From contig JAQGDQ010000017.1 in assembly GCA_030141605.1 (NCBI GenBank), positions 992,001 through 1,056,000 of the forward strand: a DNA stretch of 64,000 bases. The letters are read 5' to 3'. The notes under the pieces were generated by a model. It made no database searches, had not been told where the DNA came from, and was given only the letters and a program-made list of their open reading frames with translations. Source of the stretch: Tubiluchus corallicola. Its lineage: Eukaryota; Animalia; Priapulida. Every line of letters begins with the position of its first letter. The stretch's first letter is position 1. This document shows positions 26,497-40,825 of the stretch, piece by piece. Position numbers and translations under genes: made by a program.

Positions 26497-27177
26497 CAGT
26501 GGTTCCCAACCGGGGGTACATGTACCCCCTTGGGGTACGCAACAGCAATGCCAGGGGTACGCAGAAGGTGTGTCAGATCGACACATTTTTTTCTTTCTGT
26601 AGCCGGTGAAAAGGGTAAAATACACCAAGTTGCAGCATCGCGATATTCTTTCTACAGGTTAGGCAATATTTCACAAACAAGGCTTATATTTTGTCGCTTT
26701 GTTTGTGCTGTATTTGGCCTTCGAGGTGTTGGTTCCCTTTGTGACAACATACAAATGTGAGCTAGGCTTCAGTGCAATGCTACATTTGAAGACGAAGGCA
26801 AGAAACCGTTTGGATTTGAGGAGCGACATGGGAGTCGCAATATCAACAATTAAACCTGATATCAAAAAACTTGTTGATAATCATCAAGAACAGCGTGCGC
26901 ATTAATTATGACTGCTGTGAAGATCGTGAAGATCGAGTTTCCCTGTATTGATGTTTTCATATTCGAGAAAGTTGTTCAAATTACGTATTTCTTAATAATC
27001 AGTGATAAAATTCATGTTTTCAAAAAAAGTTAAAATAAAAAAATATCGATAACATTAATCGTTGTTTTCTGGAAACTGGTTTTTCAAACGATTTGTTGAA
27101 AAATATCAGGTGGGGGTACGCTGAAGATCGCCACATTTAGAAGGGGTACTTGGCAAGAAAAAGGTTGGGAACCACTG
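26497..27177 (+). mobile_element. Internally deleted hAT (Charlie/Buster-like) DNA transposon, 681 bp
   Basis: Perfect TIRs CAGTGGTTCCCAACC / GGTTGGGAACCACTG; exact 8-bp TSD ACTTAATG (26489-26496, 27178-27185). Retains the transposase C-terminus LVPFVTTYKCELGFSAM...KTKARNRL...Q.AH (about 26715-26905). Confidence 0.95.
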
Positions 27178-27865
27178 ACTTAATGTAAATGGCTGCAGCA
27201 AAACTAGAACTGAGCCCCTATCAAGGATAGTTCTTTGCCACAGTTGGCCTATATACATTTTTCTTCAACGAGATAAAATTAATAGACTGCACTCACCGCG
27301 ACCACTCTGCCATTCCCTTGGTTAGGTCTGTATTTAATTAACATTTTTACAATCAAGACACATTTGACCTTTTTTAATTTATCGTATCATATTAGTAATT
27401 GTAAAACGTGATAGTATATGTATTGAATTTGAAATACTTGACGCTGTTATAAGCCGCCGAATGTGCTCGCCAAAAACTGGAGTCGACTGATGTAAAGAAA
27501 AGAAATGCTCTAAGATTCTATGTTCTGGTACTTTTTAAGTCAGATTGCCTGAATTGAATGAAAATTGAAGATAGATTCATTTCAGGTCCTGCGCGTTATA
27601 GGCTTCATTAAAAATTAAAAAAACTGGAATTTTCATTATAGTACTAGGTTATCTGTATATTACACCTGGCACATTGTCACATCTGTCACTTCTGTTACAC
27701 TAGTCCTGTTACACACGTCACATCTGTCTATATTTATGAGACAGAAAAATGCGCAACATTAATTCTATTTTACAAAATTTCACAAGTTATATAAAATGAT
27801 TTCACGTCATTTACTGTGCATCTCTTGACGATACATTTTTAAATTTCGCATCTCAAAGTTAACCT

Positions 27866-30800
27866 TTACTCTAAGTCCAAAGCTTGGTTATCAATCTCCA
27901 ATGTTGTTATTCCTTTTTTCGAGTTAGCAACAATTGGTTTATTGTTATTTCTCACTGAAATATCAATGTCGTCCATTCTCAGATCATAACTGACTCCAAA
28001 ACACTTTTGATGACACCAGTTTCTTAAACACACCAAGAGTGTCAAAATCATCTGCCCAAAGGGGGCTAACACAATGATAAACAAAACTATCAAACCAACT
28101 GCCATTCCAGGCCTTTCGCCGTAGTCTAAAACTGGATAAATGTACAGAGAATTTTTGGCCCCTGTCCCTCCAGCGGCCCAGTATATGATTGTGAATGACC
28201 CATAGATGATGCTGGCCAAAGAGATTAACCAGAAGTGTTGAAATCGAATTGGCACAGCGCTGAACATGATGTCAAAGACGACGTAAACTGACTGGATACC
28301 ATGTACATTAAGGTCAACTGCATTAGTTCCTCCACCATTGTACAACAATGTCCAGTAACCTGGAAAATGTAACAGTGATTAAAGTAAAAGCTTTATTAAA
28401 ATAAAATAAAATTGTGCCTGATTTGACAATGAATGTTTGTCCACTTTTGGTTATGAATCGTAATATTTTGCTTGTTCTTTTTATGTTTGGGCAAATAATA
28501 AAATTAATGATTTGATTTGATATCATAACTAAAACAGACGTTGCTATTGTTAAAGTTAATAAGCTGTCATTAACAATATTGTTTTTAATATTGTTATTAC
28601 TGCTAGTGCGTAGGCCCTATGTGTCACAGTCATAGGCTGCAGTAGCCCTACTCATAATCAGAGATATGTAGCGCTAGACGAAGGGCCGGATTTTATTTTG
28701 TACGTCCCAGGGCAAAAAATACGGGGAGACCCCGGCCCCCAGTAACAATTAACAAAAGCATGAATGCTGGATTCTTCAAATCAGTTTATTCAGCTTTTAC
28801 AACATAATGTCAACATTAGGCCCACAAGTTTAACACAACAAAAAGAGAAGAGATATTCTGATATTTTCAAAATCTAAATAAGTTTCTGAAATATTAAATA
28901 TAATACGTACTAATTGCAATAAATAAATTACTGGTCTGGTAGTGCCAATGAGTTGGAATAATGGACAAAAGAACACTTCCGATGTATTATTATAAGGTAC
29001 ATTAATTAATTGAGCCCTTTTTAATCAGATAATTCAGCATAATTTTACTCTCATTCTGTAGTAACTTTTCACAGTAAATTAATTTCACTCAATCTCAGGA
29101 GGCCCCTCAGTTCAAAGAGGCCCCTTTGCTGCCGCCCATCAAGGCCATTTTAATCCGGCACTGCATCAGTCAATACAAAAGATATTCTGTAGTCGAAATA
29201 CAAATACGAAACTGCACGATCTTACCACATTGAAGAATTGTTTAATACAGAAAATTACAAACTATTTTTTATTAAAACGGTACTCTTACTGTATATCTGC
29301 CTAACAGCCGACATGGGAGCGAATTATAGGAAGAAACAATAAAGCTTACTAAGTGTTACAAGGATGGAAATACATGCTGCCAAATTGTACATAATCCAGT
29401 GAACCTGTAGATACCAAGCTAAGCTTTCTGTGTTGTCTGCCAGGTCGTGGTCTTCTGCTAGCAAAAACATATGGTGATTAGATGTTACAAACTTTACCTC
29501 GAAAAAAATCAGATTTAAAGAAGCTGCATATCATGAAAATTTAGATTTCAATTCGTGTAACTTTTTCAACGTTATTTTTTTCAATTATGTTTCAGAAATT
29601 TTGCAAATGGATTCTTTACAATATTTGTGATGGTAATAAGATATAAATAACTCTGTTTCATGCAAACGATACCCACATCAACATGCATTCAGTAAAACTC
29701 GCCATATCAGATAGTCTGTTAAATGTGTACACTACTACACTAAAATCACCTTGTATCGTTGTTCATAAGTAACTAATAGCAAAATTATTTGCATGAATAA
29801 AGTAAAACTTGGAAAGAAAATGGGAATGGTAATAATTAAGGTTACTCTTTTCTACAACAAATGTTTTCATCAGCTTTCCTCGGGTAAATTATATGACACC
29901 GATAATTAACAGTACCTCCTAAACTCTCGTTATTAATTACATACCAGCAAAACGACCTTATAAGTTTACAAACCTTTGTGTATAGATGTAATATAGGTCG
30001 ACATTTAAGCTGCAGTTTTACTTAAAGGAAGACAGGATGATTTTCTTATACTACCCCATTTTCAAGTCCGATAAAAAGTATACATTTTAGCACAATTAAT
30101 ACTGCAAAAAAAGCGTTCCTAATAATAAATAATAGATTAAAAACTTAATTAACGGCGGGCGAGCACAGCTATTGACCACATCACAAACTAACATAATTTT
30201 CAACAGCAAAAATATTCCACGAGCGTCTTACACGTGTTAGCGAAAGCGAAAGGTGAAGTACAGTGTACTGTAAGATACTCAGTGTGTTACACTAAAACTA
30301 GGCAAGTTTTAAGATAAAAATTCAAATTTAAAATTGATATTGCAAAAGGGTTTCTGAAGTTTGTCACAAACTGACACATCTGAACTGATCTGTTTTTCGT
30401 GCAATGCGTTTCCGAATTGTAGACGCCAGTGCCCGTCTAACTAGCGAATGGCGAAATGCATGTAACAGCAAAGAACTAGTGGCGCAAACGCGAAAAATTG
30501 GTAATAATTCTTTTATGAAGTCATTTTTGAAAAAAAGAGTATGTTTTCTTTCAATATTTTAAAGAGTAGATTCTTTTGACCTACAGTTTAAGACTTTGCT
30601 TTAAGGGCTATCCCTGTTTTGTGTGATAATGCACACTTGCAGGTGAGTGGTGCAGGTGCCGTGTTGAAAGTTATGCATTATCATTCAGAGATTGGTGAGT
30701 GGTATATCTAGCATTCCGTGAAATATTGATAAAAAGTGTGTGTGATAAAAAGTACCTCTTTCTGCCTTAAAATAGAGCACAATAGAAACACCAGCCGCCA

Positions 30801-33800
30801 TTACAAGATGCAAGTTCAGAAGTACAAAAGTGAGGTTCGTCAAGTAAATAAAATACTTCCCTCTTTCATCTGCAAAGAAAATGTCAAGCCTCATTAATGA
30901 CTTATAGTCTTAACTTCGAGATCATTGGTTAATAATTCAATTTTGAAACATGATTTGACGGAAAGGAAAGAAAGTTATGAAAGTCGCGACTAAAACAGAG
31001 CACCAGTAGCGTGCAGAAAAGGGGGTTTAGGCTGCGATGGCCCGGGCACCCATATCGGGAGAGCATCCAATTAGAGTGAAATGAAAATTTAGCTTTTGAA
31101 ATTTGAAACTGTCTCTGTTAATTTCATGAAGCTAGTGTGAATGTGGATCCATGTTTTGATAAGCGAGACCGGAGTAGAAAATCTATTACATCTAAATACT
31201 GTGTATGATTCCGATTAATTAGACGATATAAAGCAGCGTAAGTAGATTAAGATAATGTGTGTTGCATACAGATTACTGCTTGCTATCGCATTTTTAATCG
31301 CAAGTAGTGAAAGTTTTCAAAACCGAAATTAATAAAAACACATCTGAGGCCGTCCACGTCACAAGAGCGACTGACCAAAATGGCTTTAAACAGCACCGAA
31401 AAATTCCTTGCATTAAAAAATTAAGTAGTTCAAGTGTTTTCAAACAGGAGATCTCATTTGGAAAAAAGAAAACTTAATTAATGGGGCCGATTTATATTTA
31501 TTTTGAATAGAGTGTTTATTTCGTGTTTTATTTGTTTCTTTACTTATTTAAAATGTCTTCCTTTCTCACATTTCTCAGTACTGGCCTCTACGTCCACTAC
31601 TTGAGCCTTTGGGGCATACAATCAAGAAGCTGGAGCTGGAAGTTCACCAAATTTCTGCACGTCACTGCTATAGCACACAAGAAATGGAAACACCACGAAA
31701 CAGAAAACAAGAAATTTCACGTCTTTGTGCACTAGGGAAGAACAGAAAACAGAAAAGAAACGTCTAATTTTGTTAATTAGTTGGATTAACAAATAGACTC
31801 GTTTTTATTTTTACCCTACACGTACGCTAGCCTTAAATCTGGACTTCAGCCTGGAAACTAACACTTGGACACATTGGATTGGTTGACAAGCTCTCCTAGG
31901 ATTGAATTAGGACCTAACATAGCCACAAAGCGATGTGCTATTCAGTAACTAAAGGATTGAAGTGTGATGCCAAGTCATTGGTTCAAATCCGAATTTAGTC
32001 CCGACTTTTTTGTATTTTCTTCTTTCGGTCATTGTTGCTTTCAAACCTTTAATGATTGTGAGTTCACTTCGTTAGGCAGTGTTATACTTAATTATTTAAC
32101 AAAAGGCTTATTATGTAACAAACGACGTTATGTAGAAACCATTGTGCAACATGTTTTGCATCATGTGACAATCATTATGTGACAACAAGGACCATAACAA
32201 GACCCAACAAAAATTACGACCATAACCATACTCGTATAGTGGCATGGTCGTAATTTTTATTGTGTCTTGTTATGGTCTCGATGTGGTCTAATTATGAACT
32301 TGATCACTTTCTTTCTGTTCCTCTGGGTCTGGACAGTCTCGTCTGTCTGGGGTCTGTGGCTGGTCTGTTTGAATTCTTGTGAAATGTAATCTATCAGATG
32401 TCTGATTAGTAGCTAATCTGTGTTGAGTTTACACGTCAGACGTAACTCGCCAAAGCAAACCTCGGACAGATCAAATTCAGCAAACCAGACCTCTGATAAA
32501 GAGACCTTAAAGTCACAAACGGATCAGACCTCCAAAAAGAAAGACCGCTGAAGTACAAGACCTTAGACCAGACTGCGGTGCAGCCATACATCCAGAACAA
32601 AAGGAAACTCAGCCAATCCGACCTCATCCAGACCATGACAAGGCCCAATTGCAGATCACGACCAAACTTACGTTAGTCTGTTTCACAATACATTATTTTT
32701 ATACATAATGGTTGTCACATAATTATACAAAAATTATTACATAGGGATTGTTACATAAACGCGTAAAATTAGTAACACAGTGGGACAAGTTTGTTACGTG
32801 ATGCATGTTAACGGGCGGTATTTACCTGACCAAAAAATTCTTAAAGGACAAGAAAAGGGGTACCTGAAGTAGGTTTCAGAAAAATCGCCTTAAGAAGTTA
32901 TATTAGTTTATAGCAATTTTATGCATACATCGCACTCGCGTTGAAAGGAATTTTTGTTTCATTATGTATGCAAAAGCATTTGTGTAAAGCAAGCAAGCGT
33001 CGAAAATTTGCGAGTTTCAAAGGTTAATCTTCTTGAAATCATTTATAGTTAGTATAGCCAATATAGTGACAAACATATCAACAAAGCAGATAATAAATAT
33101 TGCTGAGGCGGCGATCAGGAGTTATTTTTTTTGACACGAATAGGCTGAAAGGCATTTGAATGTCATCTGCACCAGTGCAAGTTAATGCGGATGTTGAGAG
33201 CCGAGTAGGACACTAGCCGAAGTAGGACAATTGTCGTACATAGGCTAGCCCAAGTTGGACACTACAGACTGATCGCGAATTGAGTCGTTAATCGCTCTGG
33301 CAGCGTCCGTTGTCCTTGTTTTTTTTATAATAATAATTGAAAACGTCAATACACGTTGAATAATTCATTATACACCTGCTAAAGGGTGTACAAGAATCTT
33401 ATTCTGAGCTAGTAGAACGGCCAATATTAAATTTGGCTTCGATATTAATCTTTTTGAAGTGAAATAATCCCGCTTTTTGGGTGGTTTCAACATTTGCTTC
33501 AGGTATGTCATTTTTTGTTTGGTCTCGCTTCACAGACAGGCGATCCGTTTCACTACCTCTTGCGCAAATAATTGTTTTCTACTAAGTAAAGTAGAACTAT
33601 CTATAAAGTAGAGTAAACGAACTAAAGTAGGGCTACAGAGCTATGTGCGCTAAATAGTTTCCCTCTTTAAAGCATTGGATACTAAGTTTAATGTTATGAT
33701 GATATTAATGGAGCTAATAATAATGATGATATTATTGTAAAAAAATCATTTGTAAATTGTCAATTGTCAATTTTCTAAACAAATTTAGTTTTATGTTTTA

Positions 33801-34163
33801 TTATGTCATAATTCTCGATTCTCCGCAGAAATCGCCAGTGCCCTACTTGGGCTGCCCATGTACGACACTGCTTTTCCCCAAATTTAGCACATGCGCTTTA
33901 GCGAAAGTGTCCTACTTCGACTAGTGGCGTAGTCCACGCCCTACACAGATAATGAAGACCACACTGGTTAACTTGTACAGAAAGTGTAAAATACACGGCG
34001 CAATGAGATTACAACCAGAATATGCTGTTACAAGTTTGACAGAAAAGCTGAGAAGATCAAGTGAGTTAGATCAAGATTCTGGTTGTGATAGCAAGGTCAG
34101 AAAAGTGCATGTTAATCAGCGTGCTAGTGAGTCATTGATTCATTTTTAAAACTTAATGGATTT

Positions 34164-34252
<89 letters not shown>

Positions 34253-36740
34253 AATAATAATAATAATGATGACGATGATGTTGATTTTGATTTTGATTAT
34301 AAGGGCAATGATGACGATGATGACGATCACAGAGACGACAACGATGCCAACGACAATGTTGATGTTGATGATGAAGATTTGGTGGCCGTAGTGAGAACGA
34401 TGCAAACATTCAATTACCTTCTTCTAAATAAAAGTCAAGCGTTGACGGTAGCAGAGATATAATTAGCCAAGCCATGAAGTAAATCATCATTGTTAGTTTA
34501 TAGAGAATGAATGCTTCAGTGGGAATGCATGGCCACTGAAAATATAGAGCAGTTATACATTAGCAAAATAACTGTGATTTGTGAATCAACTTGAAATTAA
34601 TCATTATTTGCACTAAAATTAATTCTTTCTATTCTAAGTCAGGTAGACCAATTTAATCTTAAAAACACGTTTGACTCGAAATATTGGTCGAGGGACTCGC
34701 TCAAATCGAGGTTGTGGATGCCGCCATCTTGAATTTAAGAAGGTAAATCGAAAGTCAGAGTCTGTCAATCGGTGCAGAATTTGTTCTAGTATATGCCTAC
34801 TCCCTACAGAGTTTCATAACGATCAGTTGTGAATTGGCGGAGCTTTAGGATTTTCACTAAATAATAATAATAAATGTTGTTATCGCCGCCAAGTTGAGTT
34901 CTCAGTGGCAGATCGAAAAGTCGACTCTGTCAGCCAATGTGAAATTCGTTCTAGAATATTTCTGTAAAGTTTCCTGACGATCGGATGCGAACTAGCGGAG
35001 ACTTGGGCTTTTTTTTAAATTTTGTTTTCAAATTTGTTCTATTTTACTCATTTAAAGTTTTATGTCGGTCCGTTGCAAATTCACGGAGATTTGAGTTTTT
35101 TTGAAAACGTCATTCTTCAAGAGCAGCAACAACAACAACAGTATCTAGAAAAGTAGCGATTTGGGTCGCGCCCTCGACCATAAATCCGGGCATTCAGACA
35201 TTCACTTTGTCCGTCACATTTTTTTCAACTTTGTAACTCCACAAGTATTGAAATATAGTAACTCCGAAAGTGTTTATCCAATTGAGTTGGAATTTGGTGT
35301 GATGGTTAGACACGGTGTCTTTAGTTCAAGAAAAAAATGGTCACACTTCGTCCGTAAGTTAATTAATTAGAGATTATTGATTAAATTTAAATTGATCCAA
35401 TTCCAAAAGTATTTACCCAATTGAGTTGAAGTTTTGGTATGAAATGAGTCCCGGTTCTACCACTAGGCGAACTAGGCAGTTGCCTAGAGCGCCAAGTTTT
35501 AAGGATGCGCCAAATTCTAGAAGCATGTTTTTAATTTTTAAGTTTGCCGTAAGTAAATGCACAACATTTTAATTAAAAACGAAACACATGCGTTATTTTG
35601 CTGTCAAAATGTATGATTCATCAACGCTAGCAAATGTCTTTCAGCGACATTTCACGGAGATATTGTTGACGCACTTTTGTCCGAATTTTGTATTGTATGC
35701 ATAGAGCAGCAGAGCTGTGTAAATACTTATTATAATAATCTAATTATGGCAGACAAACCTGTAAGAATCGAAGTCTCAAGGAATGAATACAAAAAAAGAT
35801 AGATAAAAAAGCTGGCGAGTGGGAGCATTGGATAGCAAAAAGATTCGCTAATGAACTATTCGCAACCAGACCAGAGTTATGGTTGTGAAGGTGATGAGGC
35901 TAGTGAATAGTGGGTGTATAGATGGAAAAGAGGAGTTAGGATTTCAAAAATTTCTGATCAAAAGACTGAGTAAAAATCTAGACTGGAGAAGCAGAAACTG
36001 CAGAAATTTCACTGCTCCTCAAGACTCGCACGTACAGTGAGGTCATAAATTAACTTTCAAATTCAATCTAATCTAAACAAGCTGTAGATAAGTTAATTAC
36101 ACTTAATTAGTACACAATAATACATGTATAAATCAAACAGGCTAACATACAGGTACCATTGAACTTTATTGTAATATTATACATAAAAATTCAACTTTAA
36201 AGGCGTGGTAGGGGCCACGGGGGAAGGGATTGACCGTTGAGGACAGGGCTCTAGAATTGTTTTGCCAAGGTCATCAAACTACCTAGAGCGGGCCCTGGCT
36301 AAGATGATTAATTGGGATGCTTTCGGATCAAAACAAAAAATTAGTTGAAATTAGTTGGCTAGCCAGTAGCTAATTAATTAGAGTTGTTTTGTTTATTACT
36401 TTTAAATTGAATTAAATCGCTTATTCCGATGATCGAATTGAGTTGAAAGTTGGCGTGATGATTAATCAGGGTGCACTTGGCTTACAACAAAAAACTGTTA
36501 GTATTTCGATACTTAAGGAATTAATTACAGTTGTTTAATTATTTTTATTTATTTATTTATTTATTTGTTAAATACAGGTCTATATTTTATTAATCAAGCG
36601 CGTACAAAATAATATTAGGCCTAACTAATATTAGGTAGTTAGTCACCATGACGACAGGTTACCTGCGAAGTACCAAAGCACTGTTCACTTGGATAATTGA
36701 ACAAAAATCTAGAAAGTTTCAACTGCTTTTTTATATTCAT
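27866..36740 (-). CDS. rost: Rolling stone-like membrane protein, paralog 3 (about 303 aa, 5 coding exons)
   Basis: Exons 36740-36663 (MNIKKQLKLSRF...CFGTSQ), 34535-34418 (WPCIP...), 30869-30756 (ERGKYFIYLTNL), 29457-29350 (AWYLQVHW) and 28359-27866 (YW...NVHG...YWAAGG...YIYPVLDY). 912 nt in frame. Confidence 0.85.
30022..30604 (-). mobile_element. TTAA-flanked MITE family, copy B
   Basis: TTAA-AGGAAGACAGG...TTTGCT-TTAA; reverse complement of copies A, C and H. Confidence 0.85.
32190..32277. repeat. 88-nt near-perfect hairpin (34-bp arms, 2 mismatches)
   Basis: GACCATAACAAGACCCAACAAAAATTACGACCAT versus ATGGTCGTAATTTTTATTGTGTCTTGTTATGGTC. Confidence 0.9.
33200..33940. mobile_element. MITE with long imperfect terminal inverted repeats
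   Basis: CACTAGCCGAAGTAGGACA...GCCCAAGTTGGACAC on the left versus GTGCCCTACTTGGGC...TGTCCTACTTCGACTAGTG on the right. Confidence 0.6.
34164..34380. repeat. (ATG)n microsatellite with degenerate continuation
   Basis: About 29 perfect ATG units, then ATA/ACG variants; intronic. Confidence 0.98.
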
Positions 36741-37350
36741 GTTTTTACAGTTAAGTGTAAGCACTTTGAATCTCCACTACTGAGCTGATCACTTCGTATT
36801 TAGTTTCGTAAATAGTACAATGTTACATCAGTTGAATTTCACACAATAATAAGTGTAAATTTGTCTGTATACCGCAAACACTTCAGCAAGTGCAGTCAGC
36901 TGCAATTACGACACTCGATTCGATTACAAGAAACATAACTAGAGCTGCACGTAGGTATGTTCAACACTTTGAAGAAAATAACGCATTAAATTTCAGCTCT
37001 TTTTTACTTTAATGATAGATCTAACAAGACATATTCATATATTAAACACTAATTGCGTATTCGTGCACGCTGTGTGGGGTAAGTCGACACTGTAATGACC
37101 AAAGGTCAATTTAATACAGTCCACGTAAATGTGACTAAGTCTTGCTACGGTTATCAGCTTGAAATGCAATTATGGCAAAGAAACAGCAAATATTTGTCTA
37201 GTTGCCGGCTCATAAGCAACGACTAGTCACTATTATAACTGAAGCGTTTAGGCGATGATGAGTGTAGAAGTCAGTAGGCACTATAAAACTGTCATTAATC
37301 GCTGGCTAGTTATTGGGTTAGTCAAATATTTCCGGCGTCTATTTCTCTCC

Positions 37351-37977
37351 TTAAAGCAAAAACGGACCTAATGTAAAACTATAGGTCAAGACAACCTAAT
37401 ATTTAAAATATTGAAGCCAAACAAACTATGTTTTAAAGAACAACTTACGTAAAACAATTATTACCACACAAACACAGTCTCACGTTCGCACCACTAGTTC
37501 TTCGCTGTTACATGCATTTCGCTATTCGCTAGTTAGACGGGCACTGGCACCTGCATTTCAGAAACACATTGCACAAAAATAGGTGCTGTGCCTCTCAGTT
37601 CAAATGTGTTAGTTTATGACGAACTATACACGTTCGACAGCTCACGCGTGAGCACAGCAGTAAATTTTAAGGTTGAATTTTTATCTTAAAACTTGCCTAG
37701 TTTTAGTGCAATACACTGAATATCTTACAGTAGTACTGTTATTCAATTTTCACTTTTGCAAACACGTGCAACACGCTCATGAAATATTTTTGCTGTTGTA
37801 AAAATTATGTTAGTTTGTGATGTCATCAATAATTGGGCTCGCTCGCCGTTAATCAAATTTTTAATCTATTATTTAATTGTTAGAAACGCTTTTGCAGTAT
37901 CGATTGTGTTAAAATGTATACCTTTTATCGGATTTGAAAATGGGGTGGTATGTGAAAAATCATCCTGTCTTTCTTTA
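37351..37977 (+). mobile_element. TTAA-flanked MITE family, copy C (near full length)
   Basis: TTAA-AGCAAAAACGGACC ... CATCCTGTCTTTCT-TTAG; body shared with copies A, B, G and H. Confidence 0.85.
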
Positions 37978-40318
37978 GCAACGCACAAATCCGAATTCCA
38001 TATTTTCTGCAGTTTTCAATTGAGCAACTAAAACTTGCGCAATTTAAAATTACATTACAATACGGGCACGAAATCAGAACTTTGATTTTCGTCCTAGCTG
38101 GTTAGTGATATTACGGATTCTTGGGTTGACAATAATAAAAAGAGCCATAATAGTAATAATTTGGTTGCGAGTGCTGACTATAGGTCGTTGCACTGGATGC
38201 TGAGTTTGCAAGAACTAATGCGTGGGCGTTCCAATGCGTGTCGTTATGCACAGACATGCGCAGACATGTATCGAGAACAAGAATAAAAATCTGGCACCAG
38301 GTCGAGAACGGGGAATTTATTTTGGTTCCTAGATCTCGCTTATTTCGTGTTTAGCTCAGAAAAGGTGGGAGAGTCGATGTATCAAACTAAATGTTTTATC
38401 TAAAGTTTGTTCTCGAAAGGTATTTTATTAGTGTTTGAAGTCCATTGCAGTGTCACCTGTATATATTTGTAAATAAAAGCAATAAGCAAACGAGTTAAAA
38501 CGACATCATGATGTACTTATTTACATTATCACTTCATATATGACAACACAACATAATAATTTCACAAATAACCTGTAAATAGAACAAAATAATTCACGAA
38601 GTTAACAATTCAATATATCATCATGTGATTCTTTACTCCACTTAGTTTCTATATTACATGAGGAAAACTGGCTCCCTTATGTGGGGATAAACTAACTTCC
38701 CTTTAACTACAGTTAGTACATACTAAGTTAAGAGATAGCTTTGCCTCGACGAGGGGAAAGACCTGCTCAGTCAGCTTTCACAGTCGCCAGGTTTTTCCCA
38801 ACGAGTTATTTCCTGCCTTGGACTTTATACCAGGCCTGTTCATTAAACAATTACATGGTTAATGATGCGATAAGACAGGTTTCCTATATACATACTTCAA
38901 TACTTACACAATAAACCTACAGAAGTAATTATGTAGCACTTCATACAATTATTTATACAGAGCAAATAGTAATTTGCTTACTTCCACGAGTATCCGACAT
39001 AGTGCTTAAATTCTAAGACTACTTAGTAAAAAGGCTCACGCTTGTCACGAAGTTTGTTTTGGTTTCAATGCACTGGCATTGATCTAATTTTCTGAGGCAG
39101 CCAGCCTAGTTGACTCTGATTTGCAGCAGGTTTAGAATCACTGATGGCACTCAATGATTCCATTTAATAACTGCGACACCCTATAAAGGAAAGGAGCCAT
39201 TTGCGTGATATAATTAACAATGCTATCCAGGCTCCAGGTACCAGCAAAAGTAACATAGAATAAATTTAACACTTTACGTTTTGGCCTCTTTTTTCTTTTG
39301 TCTTTTTCTAATTTGTTCAAGTCTATATTTTACTCCTTTTTATTTTTCGTGCCCTTTTCCTTCGAAAAAGAGTTGCGCATTTTGATATTGCCTAAAGTGC
39401 CGTCGTCAGCACTTTAGCAATAAATGTCGTAAAAACGTAAATACACAAACCACAACATAAGATGTTCAAACGTAGAACTGTGTAGACATATAAATTATCT
39501 ATAGGTACTGTTTGTACCCTAATCTATCGCAGCTTTTATAAATCATCTGACTAAGCGTCTCTGTCTCGTTATTTTAAAAAATCACGAAAGAGAAGTGGTG
39601 TTATAACAGTTAAACATCCGTGTGCTGCGCTTCACCTCAACGTTATTCTATACTCAACATTCTGAATAGGTAATTCATTTATTTAACTTAACATGCATCC
39701 TGTTTTAATTGATACGTTTTCTGACGCTTTTATAACACAACAAAACCACATCTTACCAATGGTTCTGTTTCTCCTGTGTAATTATTATTAGCTGGTCCAT
39801 TAGTTGATTTTTTCAATATAGAAAGCGGGCTGAGATGTTGTGAGGCTGATTGGCGATTTGACTAATTGAGTTTGTTAACTAGCTGGTCGATAAGTTAGCT
39901 AGTTCGTTAACTGATTAGTTCATTGGCTGTTTGCCTGAACCATCCGTTAGTTGGTAGGTTGATTGGTTAGTTACTTGCCAAGATTAGTTCATTTTCTGCC
40001 GCACCATCATAGCGGCACTAAAATGGAAATTCACGAATTGTTTAATTACTTGTGACTAATTTATTCATTCATTTACTGATTTATTCATAAAAGTGAAGCA
40101 AAAGAGTTCTCATTTACCAACTAAGTTAATGTTTATGTAATACATGTACATTTAAAAGGAGGAACGCGAAACCTCGTAAGCACTAGTAGTGCCACAGCAA
40201 AAAGTAAACATCGACAGCGGTGCTGTTAGCCAATATTTTATAATACGACTTGTTTCAGTCATATACTCTAAAATTCAAAATGTATAAAACGCTGCATTTT
40301 TATGAATAGATCAGTTAA

Positions 40319-40825
40319 AGGAAGACACGGTGATTTTTTATATACTATCTCATTTTCAAGTCGAATCGGCATGGCACTAAACATAATGTCAAAGATGACG
40401 TAGATAGCTTGAATTGCATGAGTGTTGATATCAACCGGATCAGTACCTTCTCCATTATACAGCAACGCCCAATGACCTGAAATTAACCGAAATTTGATGC
40501 TGGCATTGAAAATTATCGTACCAGTTAAAGGAAGACAGGATGATTTTTCACATACTACTCCATTTTCAAGGTCGGTACAAGTATACATTTTAACACAATT
40601 AACACTGCAAAAGCGTTTCTGAAATGCAGGCGCTAGTGCCCGTCTAACTAGCAAATGGAGGAATGCATGTAACAGCGAAGAACTAGTGGCGCGAACGTGA
40701 AATTGAGTTTGTGTGGTAATAATTGTTTCACGTAAGTCATTTTTGAAAAAATAGTATGTTTTCTTTCAATATTTTAAAGAGCATATTGTTTTGACCTACA
40801 TTTTAAGATTGGGTCCGGTTTTGCT
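40319..40825 (-). mobile_element. Composite TTAA-MITE carrying a captured 163-bp rost-5 intron/exon fragment
   Basis: MITE body 40825-40529, internal TTAA, host fragment 40524-40362 (=53176-53338, 3 mismatches), second MITE right end 40361-40319, outer TTAA 40315-40318. Confidence 0.85.
40362..40476 (-). pseudogene. Duplicated partial last exon of rost paralog 5
   Basis: HWALLYNGEGTDPVDINTHAIQAIYVIFDIMFSAMPIR, preceded by the same acceptor TTTCAG and truncated by the MITE end. Confidence 0.85.

Noticed and set aside
38100-38510. Possible solo LTR (TG...CA, AATAAA)
   Set aside because: No matching TSD or second copy found.
40268-40654. 128-aa ORF as a sixth rost gene
   Set aside because: Chimera of MITE sequence and a 115-nt exon fragment; no upstream exons, and it is truncated.
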